From contig CAWAIF010000003.1 in NCBI GenBank assembly GCA_963782055.1, forward strand, positions 5,280,001 through 5,344,000: DNA of 64,000 nucleotides, read 5' to 3'. The notes beneath the pieces were generated by a model. It was given only the letters and a program-made list of their open reading frames with translations, had not been told where the DNA came from and ran no database searches. How positions within the stretch are numbered: position 1 is the stretch's first letter; every line of letters begins with the position of its first letter. Below, piece after piece: positions 41,597 through 50,075 of this stretch. The translations under genes and the position numbers were made by a program. The DNA comes from an uncultured delta proteobacterium. Its GTDB lineage: Bacteria > Myxococcota_A > Polyangia > Polyangiales > Polyangiaceae.

Positions 41597-41946
41597 GACT
41601 TCACCGCCTGCACGACCAGGGCGACGCCGCCGACGACCACCAGGCCGACGAGCGCGCCTTGGACCATGCCCATCATGAAGTCGTAGTTGCCGCGGCTGCG
41701 CTTGATGCCGGCGTGCACGTCGTAGGCGTTCGTCGCCTGCGCGACGAGCTCCTGGCGCTGCTGGTTGTCCTCCTCGAGCTGGTGCTGGTGCTCCCTAGCC
41801 CGTCGCTCGTCGGCGAGCTCCGCATCGCGTCCGCGCGCGTCCTTGGCGGCTGCGAGCAAGAGCTCGTCGGTGGAGGACGAACGCTCGCCCGGCCGCGACG
41901 CGGGCGGTCCATCGAAGGGGAGTCGAGTGAGATCGTGGTCGTTCAT
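41593..41946 (-). CDS. Small coiled-coil protein with C-terminal TM
   Basis: ATGA overlap with the upstream gene; GALVGLVVVGGVALVV. Confidence 0.65.
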   Translation of the reverse strand: MNDHDLTRLPFDGPPASRPGERSSSTDELLLAAAKDARGRDAELADERRAREHQHQLEEDNQQRQELVAQATNAYDVHAGIKRSRGNYDFMMGMVQGALVGLVVVGGVALVVQAVKS

Positions 41947-42317
41947 GATGCCTTCTCCGCCTTCTCTTCTGCCACCAATCTATCCCGGAAGCTCGGCCTG
42001 GTTGCGGTCTGCTCGTCTCCGTCGCTGCGCTCCGTGCTTGGCGTCAGGACGGCGATGAGTTCCCGGCGGAACGTCTCGATCGTGCGGTCCTGCTCGGCCT
42101 TGTACTCGGGCCTCGTGTCTCTCCACTCCAGCATCTTCGCGGTGAGCGCGGGCAGCACCGCAGCCCCGCGCAGCGCGCGCGCCGTGGCGTAGAAGGTTTT
42201 TGTGGAGCAAATTTCGCATGTACTATACAATTTTTGGCGCTTGTCGAGTCGGTAGACCATCCCGTCTGGGGCGAAGCAGTGCGGGCATGGTTGCGGCGCG
42301 AAGATCCTAGGTACCAT
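41943..42317 (-). CDS. Small zinc-finger protein
   Basis: CPHC...CEIC; start overlaps the stop of the ATPase gene. Confidence 0.65.
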   Translation of the reverse strand: MVPRIFAPQPCPHCFAPDGMVYRLDKRQKLYSTCEICSTKTFYATARALRGAAVLPALTAKMLEWRDTRPEYKAEQDRTIETFRRELIAVLTPSTERSDGDEQTATRPSFRDRLVAEEKAEKAS

Positions 42318-43143
42318 CGGGCTGCTCCTTCGCGGCATCGGGAACGATGCTGAGCGGTTGCGGCGTCCGTGTCGGCGCCGGCGTCGTGTCGGCCGCCTGC
42401 GGAGGCTGCGGAGGCTGCGGGAGCACGGGACGCCACGAGGTGATCGCCTCGTAGCGCGACTTGTTCACGCGCCACCGCAGATCCTCGACCTCGATCTCCA
42501 CATCGCACTCGTGGAGGAGCGCGGTCGGTCCTGCGGGTGCGCCCGTCGCGTTCACTTGGCTGGTCACGAACAACACGCGCAGGTGCGGGAGCACGCTCAG
42601 GATGTGCCGGAGCTCGCCCGAGGTCCACGCGCTCTGCTGCGCCGAATCGATGCAGGCGCCGACGCACTTCCAGTCGTGCAGCAGCCTGCACACATCGTCG
42701 ACCGACGCGCCGCGCCCGACGACGTAGAAGTCCTCGCGCTTCACGGCGGTGCGGACCAGCAGCTCGCGGACGGCTGGCCCCACGCCGCTCTCCGTTGCGA
42801 CGAGGGCGACGGCGCCGCCCTGCAGCGTGTCGAGAGAACGGCAGGCCATCGTGCTCTTCCCCATCCCGGGGCGACCCCACAACAGCACCATCGCCTTCTG
42901 CACGAGGCGCAGCATCGGGTACGCCGCGACGTGTAGCTCTTGCCACGACTGGCCGACGAGCTCCCTCGCTGACGCGGCCTCGACGACGGAATCGATCCGG
43001 GCCGTCGGCCGATGGCCACGTAGCACACAGAGCCCGGCCTCCTGACATCCGCCGCAAAACCGCACGTGCGACGGGTACCTCCTTGCGCAGCCGAGGCACA
43101 CCCAGGGCCAAGTACGCGGGTCGCCGGCGCCAGTCGCGCTCAT
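42307..43143 (-). CDS. RadA/Sms-like RecA-fold ATPase lacking the Lon-like C-terminal domain
   Basis: N-terminal CLGC...CGGC ribbon, GRPGMGKST, CIDSAQ, QVNATGAPAGPTALLHECD (cf. RadA HVTKxGxxAGPxxLEHxVD), NKSRY (cf. KNRFG). Confidence 0.75.
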   Translation of the reverse strand: MSATGAGDPRTWPWVCLGCARRYPSHVRFCGGCQEAGLCVLRGHRPTARIDSVVEAASARELVGQSWQELHVAAYPMLRLVQKAMVLLWGRPGMGKSTMACRSLDTLQGGAVALVATESGVGPAVRELLVRTAVKREDFYVVGRGASVDDVCRLLHDWKCVGACIDSAQQSAWTSGELRHILSVLPHLRVLFVTSQVNATGAPAGPTALLHECDVEIEVEDLRWRVNKSRYEAITSWRPVLPQPPQPPQAADTTPAPTRTPQPLSIVPDAAKEQPDGT

Positions 43144-43361
43144 CCTGCGCGCCCGGCGGATCTGGCCGGCACCTGCGGCCTGCCCCTCGGGGATGAATTC
43201 ATCGCATTCATCACGTTCATCTATTGGGGAAGCTACCCGAACGCCGCGGTCGTCGCCACTAAATTAACAGTATTATCATAGCGTTATGGTCACACGCGGA
43301 AAGTCATATACAGGCGCCTACGGGAGTGGTATGCTACGCGCTAGTTAGCGGGACGGGCTGA

Positions 43362-43784
43362 ATGACGAACGACGAATTCCAGTACGAGTACGCGCGGTTC
43401 CTCGCGGAGCCGCCGGCCCCGCCCATCTGCGAGGAGGACTGGGACCTCTACCTGCGGATCGCGGACGGGTGGCTGCCGCATCCCACGCTGCTGTTGGCCA
43501 TGCTCCGCGACGGGCGCCTCCGATCGCAGGGCTTCGAGAGCGCGTTCCGCGTCCAGAAGGCCCGGCGGTCAGCTCGTCGCCGACTCCGTCCTCGCCTCTG
43601 CTCTCTCGCGCGCGATCGCGCGGCGGCGAGGCGGCCCAGTGCGGTGCGGCGCGCGCGCCAGCCCGGGCGTGCGCGTGCTCGCCGCGTAAGCCGATGTCGG
43701 GTGCGGACTGCGCCTGACGACCCAGCGCCACCCGCATCACACCGAGGTGGGGCACCCGTCCGTCCTCGTGGGGGCCCGGCGTGA
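43362..43784 (+). CDS. Hypothetical protein, first gene of the replication module
   Basis: ATG after an AT-rich intergenic region with TGGTATGCT. GTGA-coupled to the next ORF. Confidence 0.5.
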   Translation: MTNDEFQYEYARFLAEPPAPPICEEDWDLYLRIADGWLPHPTLLLAMLRDGRLRSQGFESAFRVQKARRSARRRLRPRLCSLARDRAAARRPSAVRRARQPGRARARRVSRCRVRTAPDDPAPPASHRGGAPVRPRGGPA

Positions 43785-44098
43785 GGCCCGCGTACGAGGC
43801 TCTGTGCGGCGCGGTCGACGATGCGCTGTGTGCCTGCTCTGCGCGACCGCCGCTGCATGAGTCTCCGGCTGGCAGGCGCCGGGCTGCACTGTGGCTCCTC
43901 GCGCGCCGCCTCGACGCGCTGCGTGCCGCTCATCGGATGCTCGGCATCTACGCGCGCGCCGGAAACGTCGGGGCGGCACTGCGCGCTCTGCGTGTGCTCG
44001 GCCAGCGCCTCCGCCGTGCCCTCCGTGCTGCCGAGCGCGTCCGGGAGCTGCACGCTCCGGCCCGCCCCTGGACACATGCGGATCAGGAGGCGGCATGA
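43781..44098 (+). CDS. Hypothetical Arg-rich protein
   Basis: Coupled by 4-bp overlaps at both ends; GGAGG RBS for the primase lies at its end. Confidence 0.5.
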   Translation: MRPAYEALCGAVDDALCACSARPPLHESPAGRRRAALWLLARRLDALRAAHRMLGIYARAGNVGAALRALRVLGQRLRRALRAAERVRELHAPARPWTHADQEAA

Positions 44099-45249
44099 GC
44101 ACCGACCACCTCGCACGAGAGAGCCATGCCGAGTCCGACATCCGCAACGCGGAGCGTCTCGTCGAGCTGCGCGGCGATGACCTGCGCTACATCCCGGAGC
44201 AGAAGCGGTGGCTCGTATGGGACGGGCGGCGATGGCGGACCGGTGCCACGGAGCAGGCCTATGCCCTCGCGGTGGACACCGCGCGGGTCTTGCTGGCGTC
44301 AGCAAAGCAGGAGCTGGTGAGGCGGACGGAGGATCACGCGGTCGCGTCCGCGCACGGCAGCAACGACGCAAGGAAGAACATCAAGGAGGCGGAGCGCACG
44401 CTTCGCTGGGCGGCGAGGAGCCAGCTAGCGCCCCGCCTGCACGCGATGCTGGACGTAGCCAGGTCCCACGCCCACCTCATCGTCGCTCCGACCAATCTCG
44501 ACAGCGACCCGTTCCTGCTCAACGTTCTGAACGGCACGGTGGACCTGCGCACCGGCAGTCTGCTGCCCCATCGGCGGGAGGAGCTCCTCACCAAGCTCGC
44601 GCCGGTGCCGTACGATCCGGACGCCACGTGCCCCCGCTTCGACGCGTTCGTTCGACGCGTCCAGAACGGCGACGTCGAACGCATCGCCTTCCTGCGCCAG
44701 TTCCTCGGCTACTGCCTTTCGGGCGATGTTCGCGAGCACATCCTCACGTTCTGGTTCGGTCCCGGCGGCAATGGGAAGAGCGTGCTGGCGAAGCTGATCA
44801 TGCACGCGATGGGCGACTACGCCGTGAAGGCGGCGCCGGACCTGCTCTTCCGTGGCCGGACCGAGCGGCACCCGACCGAGCTCGCGGACCTCCACGGAGC
44901 GCGACTGGTCGTGTGCAACGAGACGCAACGTCTCAAGCAGTGGGATGAGGCGACGGTCAAGGACATCACCGGCGGCGACACGATCAAGGCGAGGCGCATG
45001 CGGGAGGACTGGTGGTCATACGATCCTACCTTCAAGCTGGCGGTCCTCGGCAATCACAAGCCCCACTTCATCGGGCCTCCGGACGGCGGGATCCAACGGC
45101 GCCTTCGACTCATCCCGTTCGACGTGACGATCCCGCAGGACGAGATCGACCGCGAGCTGGACAGGAAGCTCTGGGCCGAGGCAGGCGGCGTGCTCGCCTG
45201 GCTCGTGCGCGGCTGCCTCGAGTGGCAGCAGCACGGTCTCCGGGAACCG

Positions 45250-46694
45250 CATGCCCGATCTCTTAAGCACCGATCGCCCCAAGTTTGAGGGCGATTCGTT
45301 TCCTGGAGCGTGAAGGTTGTCGTTCGCGTGCCAGAGCGACGAGTGCCGCGCCCACGGTGGTCACGACGGCAGTCCACGCGGCGGTGCTCAGGGAGACGAG
45401 GGCGTCGACCAGGTCCCGCGCGTAGGCGCGCACGACGTGCAACGTCGCCAGGGGGCGCAGTTGCTCGAGAGGGACGTCGCGCGCGAGTGCAGCCTGGATC
45501 CTGACCGAGCGCACGAGCGCGTGGGCGAGCATCGCGCCGTAGGTGAGCGCCTTGATCGCGTGGGGATCGGCGGTGAAGGAGCGGCCGAGGTCGGCGGTCT
45601 GCTTCAGCTCGCGAAAGAGCAGCTCGATCAGCCAGCGGAGTCGGTAGGTCTGGATGATCTGCCGTGGCGAGAGCACGCTGCGCGGCACGGTGGTCAGGTA
45701 CCAGCGGATGACGGTCGACTTGTGCGCGAGTCCCACGAGCCGCAATGCGACGGTGTCCTTGCCCTTGCCCCACGTCACGTCGAGGTCGAAGATCGTCCCG
45801 CGCTTGCGCGACACGCTCTGCAGGTAGTAGCCAAGCGACCAGTTGTGGAGCGGGGTGTGGCCGTTCTCCGAGATGTGCGCGGTCACGCGTACCTTCGCCG
45901 TGGTCTTGAGGCGCATCAGCACGTGCGCGCCGGCAGCCTTCGCCTGCGTGAACAGAGCGCGCTCGAAAAAGCCGAGGTCGAAGAGGTAGAGCACCCCGCG
46001 CGTGAAGCTCGGGACCAGCTTCCGCCACAGCGGCGTCTCCGACGCGGTCTCCGCGTCGGAGACGCCGTGCTCGAGCAGGCCGGTCTTGATGCTGTAGCCC
46101 ATCACCCACTTGGTGCCGGCCTTGCCCTTGGTGCATCCCGGCAGCAGCTCGCGCCCGCGCGGTGGCACGCGCTGCCCCGTACCGTCGTAGACCCGCACGT
46201 CCTCGAAGCGGGCGAGCGGCCCGCTCAGCTCCAGGCCCGCCGCCTTCGTCACTGACGCCACGAGGTGCTCGAGCGCCGCGCGGAAGAACGCCGCCGCCGA
46301 CTCCTGCTTGAACCGCTTCTGGAACGGGCACGGGCGCATGAAGCCGAAGCGCCTCACGAAGATCGCCCGCAGCGACTCGAACGACAGCGTCTGGCCCGCG
46401 AGGAACCCCTCGACGACCGTGAGCACCAGGCGGAACGCGGTGGCGCGCCGCTGCCGCGGGTTGTAGCCGGTGCGGCCCCGAAGCTCGTCGATGACCGCCG
46501 GCGTGAAGGTCCGCTGCAGCTGCTCCTCCACCGCGCTCGCCTCTTCGCTCGGGTCTGGACGGCTGCTCGTGGCTCGGGTAGCTCTCGTCGTCATCGGGCG
46601 TCCTCTCCTTGTTGGTGTCGCAACCGAACAACGAGAAAGGCGCCCGATTTATTTCCATCATTCCGCCACGTTATGTCCAAAGGATCTGGCCATG
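45250..46694 (-). mobile_element. IS4-family insertion sequence, complete
   Basis: Imperfect IRs CATGCCCGATC / GATCTGGCCATG. 10-bp TSD CCGGGAACCG (45240-45249, 46695-46704). Confidence 0.93.
45263..46594 (-). CDS. IS4-family transposase
   Basis: VYDGT, LFDLGF, and YRLRWLIELLFRELKQ (YREK motif). Confidence 0.93.
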   Translation of the reverse strand: MTTRATRATSSRPDPSEEASAVEEQLQRTFTPAVIDELRGRTGYNPRQRRATAFRLVLTVVEGFLAGQTLSFESLRAIFVRRFGFMRPCPFQKRFKQESAAAFFRAALEHLVASVTKAAGLELSGPLARFEDVRVYDGTGQRVPPRGRELLPGCTKGKAGTKWVMGYSIKTGLLEHGVSDAETASETPLWRKLVPSFTRGVLYLFDLGFFERALFTQAKAAGAHVLMRLKTTAKVRVTAHISENGHTPLHNWSLGYYLQSVSRKRGTIFDLDVTWGKGKDTVALRLVGLAHKSTVIRWYLTTVPRSVLSPRQIIQTYRLRWLIELLFRELKQTADLGRSFTADPHAIKALTYGAMLAHALVRSVRIQAALARDVPLEQLRPLATLHVVRAYARDLVDALVSLSTAAWTAVVTTVGAALVALARERQPSRSRKRIALKLGAIGA

Positions 46695-47212
46695 CCGGGA
46701 ACCGTCGGCGGTGGCCGCGGCGACGCAAGCGTACTTCGCCGACGAGGACGTCATCGGGGCGTACCTCGCGGCGCGATGCGTCCTCGACGAGGGAGGCCGC
46801 GTCGGCCGGACAGTGCTGCGGGACGACTATGAGGAGTGGTGTGCGGATCGAGGCGAGGCTCCTCGAGACGCGCGCGCACTCAGCGAGGCCGTTCGGGACC
46901 GCGGCGTGCGTCCGGCAAAGGTCAAGGTGGACGGGGTGTCTCGCGAGGGCTGGCGCGGCCTGCGACTCCGGACACAAGCGGAGTCCGAGGTGCATGACGC
47001 GGTGGTGGCGAGCGGTGGTGGTGGTGGTGTTTCTACGGCATCGATCGATCCGCGACGCACGCACGATCCCGCCGATCCGGAAGTCGACCGCCACGACCAC
47101 CACACCACCACCCGCGACGAGCGCCCCGCGGCGTCTTGGCCACGACGCGAGGCGGGGCAGAGCTAGCGCAGACGATCCAGCAAGCAGAACAACGCGAAAC
47201 GAGGAACCCATC

Positions 47213-47524
47213 ATGACCAACGACAACGACGAGACCAACGAGACCCGGCCGGAGGCCATCGCGGCCAAGGCCACGCCTCCGCGCAAGCCCAAGGCGCACC
47301 ACGCCCCTCCCCGGCTTCCGCCCAGCCGCACACCGAGTCCGCTTCTCAGCGTCGAGGAGGCCGCCGTCGTCCTGCGCATGACGCCCGAGGGCCTTCGCGC
47401 GCGCCTGCGCCGCGCGGCGGAGAAGCGGGGCGACACGGTGATCGCCAGGCTGGGCGCGGCCGCCGTCGGGATGCGGATCGGGAGGCACTGGAGGATCCGC
47501 GTGACGGCGCAAGACGTGAAGTGA
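47213..47524 (+). CDS. Excisionase-like HTH protein
   Basis: LLSVEEAAVVLRMTPEGLRARL...RIGRHWRI; GAGGA RBS; directly upstream of the integrase. Confidence 0.7.
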   Translation: MTNDNDETNETRPEAIAAKATPPRKPKAHHAPPRLPPSRTPSPLLSVEEAAVVLRMTPEGLRARLRRAAEKRGDTVIARLGAAAVGMRIGRHWRIRVTAQDVK

Positions 47525-47587
47525 GGCGGCGGCAAGTCACGGCGTGCTACGCTTCGTAGCGTCACGTCGTACGTGTCGCCGCCCACG

Positions 47588-48721
47588 ATGGAGTTCATCA
47601 TCATGGGCAAGAGAAACGACGGCGGCGTCCGCACCGAGACTCGGCGCGGCGTCCACACCCTGGTCATTGACTTTACCTTTCGTGATTCGGACGGTCGCGC
47701 GCAGCGCTACCGGCGCGATGCGACCGTCCAGCAACGCGGCTCCGCGCTCGCGGAGGCCGCGCGGTTGCGACGGCTGGCCGTTGCGAACGGCACGCTCGAC
47801 ATCGCTCCGCAGGTGCAGACCTTTGCGGCGTTCGTCGCGACCGACTTCCGTCCGCTGGCCATGGCGAGGTACTCGCCGGCCACACGAGAGCGCTACGAGC
47901 GCGTTCTCACAGCGCCCGGCGGCCTGATCGAGCTTCTCGGCTCGGTGCGCATCGACGCCATCGGCGCTCGCGAGCTGAGGCTGGTCGAGGCAGAGCACCA
48001 TCGGCGTGGCACGAGCCCACGTCAGGCGCTCATCCTGGCGCACGGCATCATCCGGGTCGCCGTCGAGCACGGCAAGCTCACGCAGATGCCGGTGCTGCCC
48101 AAGCATCCGAAGGCACCGCGCAAGCTCCCTGCGTGCCCGAGTGTTGGCGATGTCCGTCGCCTTCTGGAGTCGGCGACCGGATGGCTTCGCGTTGCCGTCG
48201 CCGTCGCGGCACTTGGCGGGCTGCGCAACGGAGAGGCGCGGGCGCTGCGTGCCGGCGACGTCGACATCCAGACGGGCTTGCTCTGCGTGAGGCGGGCCTA
48301 CTCGCACCACGAGATCCGCAGCCCGAAGAGCAAGCTGGAGCGCGTGATCCCGATGGGCGACCTCCTCCGCGGCATCCTCGCGGAGGCGGTGCGCGGCAAG
48401 CGCCCGACGGACACGCTGGTGGTGACGGAGGACGGGCGCACGCCGAGCAGGCAAGCGCTGTACAAGTCCTTCACGTCGCTCTGCCGTCGCGCGGGCCTCG
48501 CGAGGACGTGGTCCTTCCACTCGCTGCGCCACGCCTTCGGCACGCACGCGCTCCGCGCCGGCGCCAACGTCGAGGCGGTGCGCGAGCTCCTCGGCCACCG
48601 CGACCTCGCGACCACGAGCGGTTACCTGCACGCTCTCGCTGCGGACAAACCGTCCGCTACCGAGGCGCTCAACAGGCAACTGGTCGGAAACGCCACCGAG
48701 CCGAATCACGTAACCGCTTAG
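47588..48721 (+). CDS. Tyrosine recombinase/integrase
   Basis: GLRNGE (R), PKSK (K), HSLRH, LLGH, GYLH (Y): full catalytic set. Confidence 0.95.
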   Translation: MEFIIMGKRNDGGVRTETRRGVHTLVIDFTFRDSDGRAQRYRRDATVQQRGSALAEAARLRRLAVANGTLDIAPQVQTFAAFVATDFRPLAMARYSPATRERYERVLTAPGGLIELLGSVRIDAIGARELRLVEAEHHRRGTSPRQALILAHGIIRVAVEHGKLTQMPVLPKHPKAPRKLPACPSVGDVRRLLESATGWLRVAVAVAALGGLRNGEARALRAGDVDIQTGLLCVRRAYSHHEIRSPKSKLERVIPMGDLLRGILAEAVRGKRPTDTLVVTEDGRTPSRQALYKSFTSLCRRAGLARTWSFHSLRHAFGTHALRAGANVEAVRELLGHRDLATTSGYLHALAADKPSATEALNRQLVGNATEPNHVTA

Positions 48722-48746
48722 AATTACGTTTCTTTCTTGGCTTCGA

Positions 48747-48913
48747 GAGCGGGAGAAGGGATTCGAATCCGAGTGCACGAGTGCATCGGCCGCCGCCCAC
48801 CGTGTGCCCTCCGCGCTGGCCGATGCACGAGTGCGGGAGGACGAAGGGCATGCGCAACAGAAGCCACGCCCTGCCGGTCGCCATGCCTGTCGGAGCGGGA
48901 GAAGGGATTCGAA
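48747..48913 (-). repeat. Right part of the 146-bp tRNA-end repeat array
   Basis: 48747-48892 matches 26005-26150. GAGCGGGAGAAGGG at 48747 and 48893. Confidence 0.95.
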
Positions 48914-48936
48914 CCCTCGACGTCCACCTTGGCAAG
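48892..48936 (-). tRNA. 3' half of tRNA-Gly(GCC): att remnant or decayed tRNA, not a functional gene
   Basis: Minus strand CTTGCCAAGGTGGACGTCGAGGGTTCGAATCCCTTCTCCCGCTCC contains the anticodon loop, T arm and acceptor 3' strand. No normal D arm upstream. Confidence 0.85.
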
Positions 48937-49151
48937 AGGGCTCCCCTGCGTTTTCCCGCGTGTCAGGCCGTTACAAGTATCGAGAAACACACACACGGGC
49001 GTGACTCAGGCGGTCCAGCCGTGACGCTCAAGTGGTGCTCCAGGTGGTGCTCCGGAAGCTGGAGCACCACCTGTGGCCCAACGTGTGGAACTGCCAGCCG
49101 AATTCGGAGTGAAGCGCGCGGCGATGCGACAAATCGTGGGGCATCACCGAA

Positions 49152-50075
49152 TCATCGCTTCCACGCGGGTCCCTTCGGCGCCCATTCCGCCGCGAGCTCG
49201 CGTCCATCTCGTGCGGCCTCGAGCGGAGGCCAGAGGAACGGCGCGATGAAGTCCACGACGTGCGCCAGTGGGAGGTTGGCCGGCGCCAGCCTCCCACGCG
49301 TCATGAACGCCTTCCACTGCGTCGCTTTGGTTGCGTCGGCCGAGAAGGCCGGCGTCAGGGCCGTCGGCATCGCGTCGGGGATGGCGGTCCCGCGACGCGC
49401 GAACGTGGCGCGCATCGCGCCGCTCAGCACGGTGCCCTCGAACGCGAACGTCTGCGCCAGGAACCAGACGTCGAAGAAGTCCTTCATCCGGCTGTTCGCG
49501 ATGCCCAGATTGACCATCGCCTCGAGCTTCTCGGCGATGACGGACTCGCGCGGGTAGGCGCACAGCCTGGGCGGTGGCGCACCGAGCAGCGTCGGGAACT
49601 CGACCTCGACGACGGCGGGCGTGACGGCGTCGCCAAAGCCGACGTCGACCTGGAGCTCGAGCCGCGCGCTGCCGATGCGAGCGGTCACGTTGACACGGAC
49701 CCCCTCATACTCGGCGTCCTCCTTGATGCGCGCCGCGTGGACGCTCTTCGGGTCGAACGTGACGCCGTCGTCGTCCACCGCGACCGCGCACAGGTCTCGA
49801 AAGATGCCCTCGAGGCGGGGTATGTCGGGGGCACCCGTGCCGAGCAGGTCGAGGTCCTTCGTCGGTCGATGCAGTGCCGGCGACCAGACGCGGAAGAGCA
49901 TCGCCCCCTTCAGCGTGAACGCCTTGCGGTACGTCGACCGCTCGAGCCGCGCGAGCAGACGCTCCAGGGCGTAGCGCGTGAGCACGTACGTGAAGTCCTC
50001 GCCGCTCGCCTTCGACACGTTGAGCAGGCGCGCCCGAACCGACGCGGCCATGTTCGTCGGCTTGCCGGTCTTCAC
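49152..50075 (-). CDS. abiEii: AbiEii-family nucleotidyltransferase toxin (type IV TA)
   Basis: FTLKGA, RPTKDLD, DVGFGD, AEKLEA, NSRMKDFFD. Confidence 0.9.
   Translation of the reverse strand: MKTGKPTNMAASVRARLLNVSKASGEDFTYVLTRYALERLLARLERSTYRKAFTLKGAMLFRVWSPALHRPTKDLDLLGTGAPDIPRLEGIFRDLCAVAVDDDGVTFDPKSVHAARIKEDAEYEGVRVNVTARIGSARLELQVDVGFGDAVTPAVVEVEFPTLLGAPPPRLCAYPRESVIAEKLEAMVNLGIANSRMKDFFDVWFLAQTFAFEGTVLSGAMRATFARRGTAIPDAMPTALTPAFSADATKATQWKAFMTRGRLAPANLPLAHVVDFIAPFLWPPLEAARDGRELAAEWAPKGPAWKR

Larger units (their letters stand above)
44095..47166 (+). pseudogene. P4-family/D5-like primase-associated SF3 helicase split by IS4
   Basis: WLVWDGRRW, LLNVLNGTVDL, GPGGNGKS, KDITGGD, GNHKP, RRLRLIPF. 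44095-45249 joins 46705-47166 in frame (GLREP|SAVAAATQAY), giving 538 aa. Confidence 0.9.
26151..48760. mobile_element. ~22.6-kb integrative element (integrase, xis-like, P4/D5 primase-helicase; satellite/IME-like)
   Basis: 14-bp direct repeat GAGCGGGAGAAGGG at 26151-26164 and 48747-48760. Excision restores a perfect 146-bp unit. The integrase stops 26 bp before the right repeat. Confidence 0.9.

Noticed and set aside
26151..48760. Prophage or conjugative ICE
   Set aside because: No capsid, terminase, tail, relaxase, coupling protein or T4SS genes recognised.
48892..48959. Functional tRNA-Gly gene
   Set aside because: The 5' side is about 7 nt too short, with no proper D arm and a mismatched anticodon stem.
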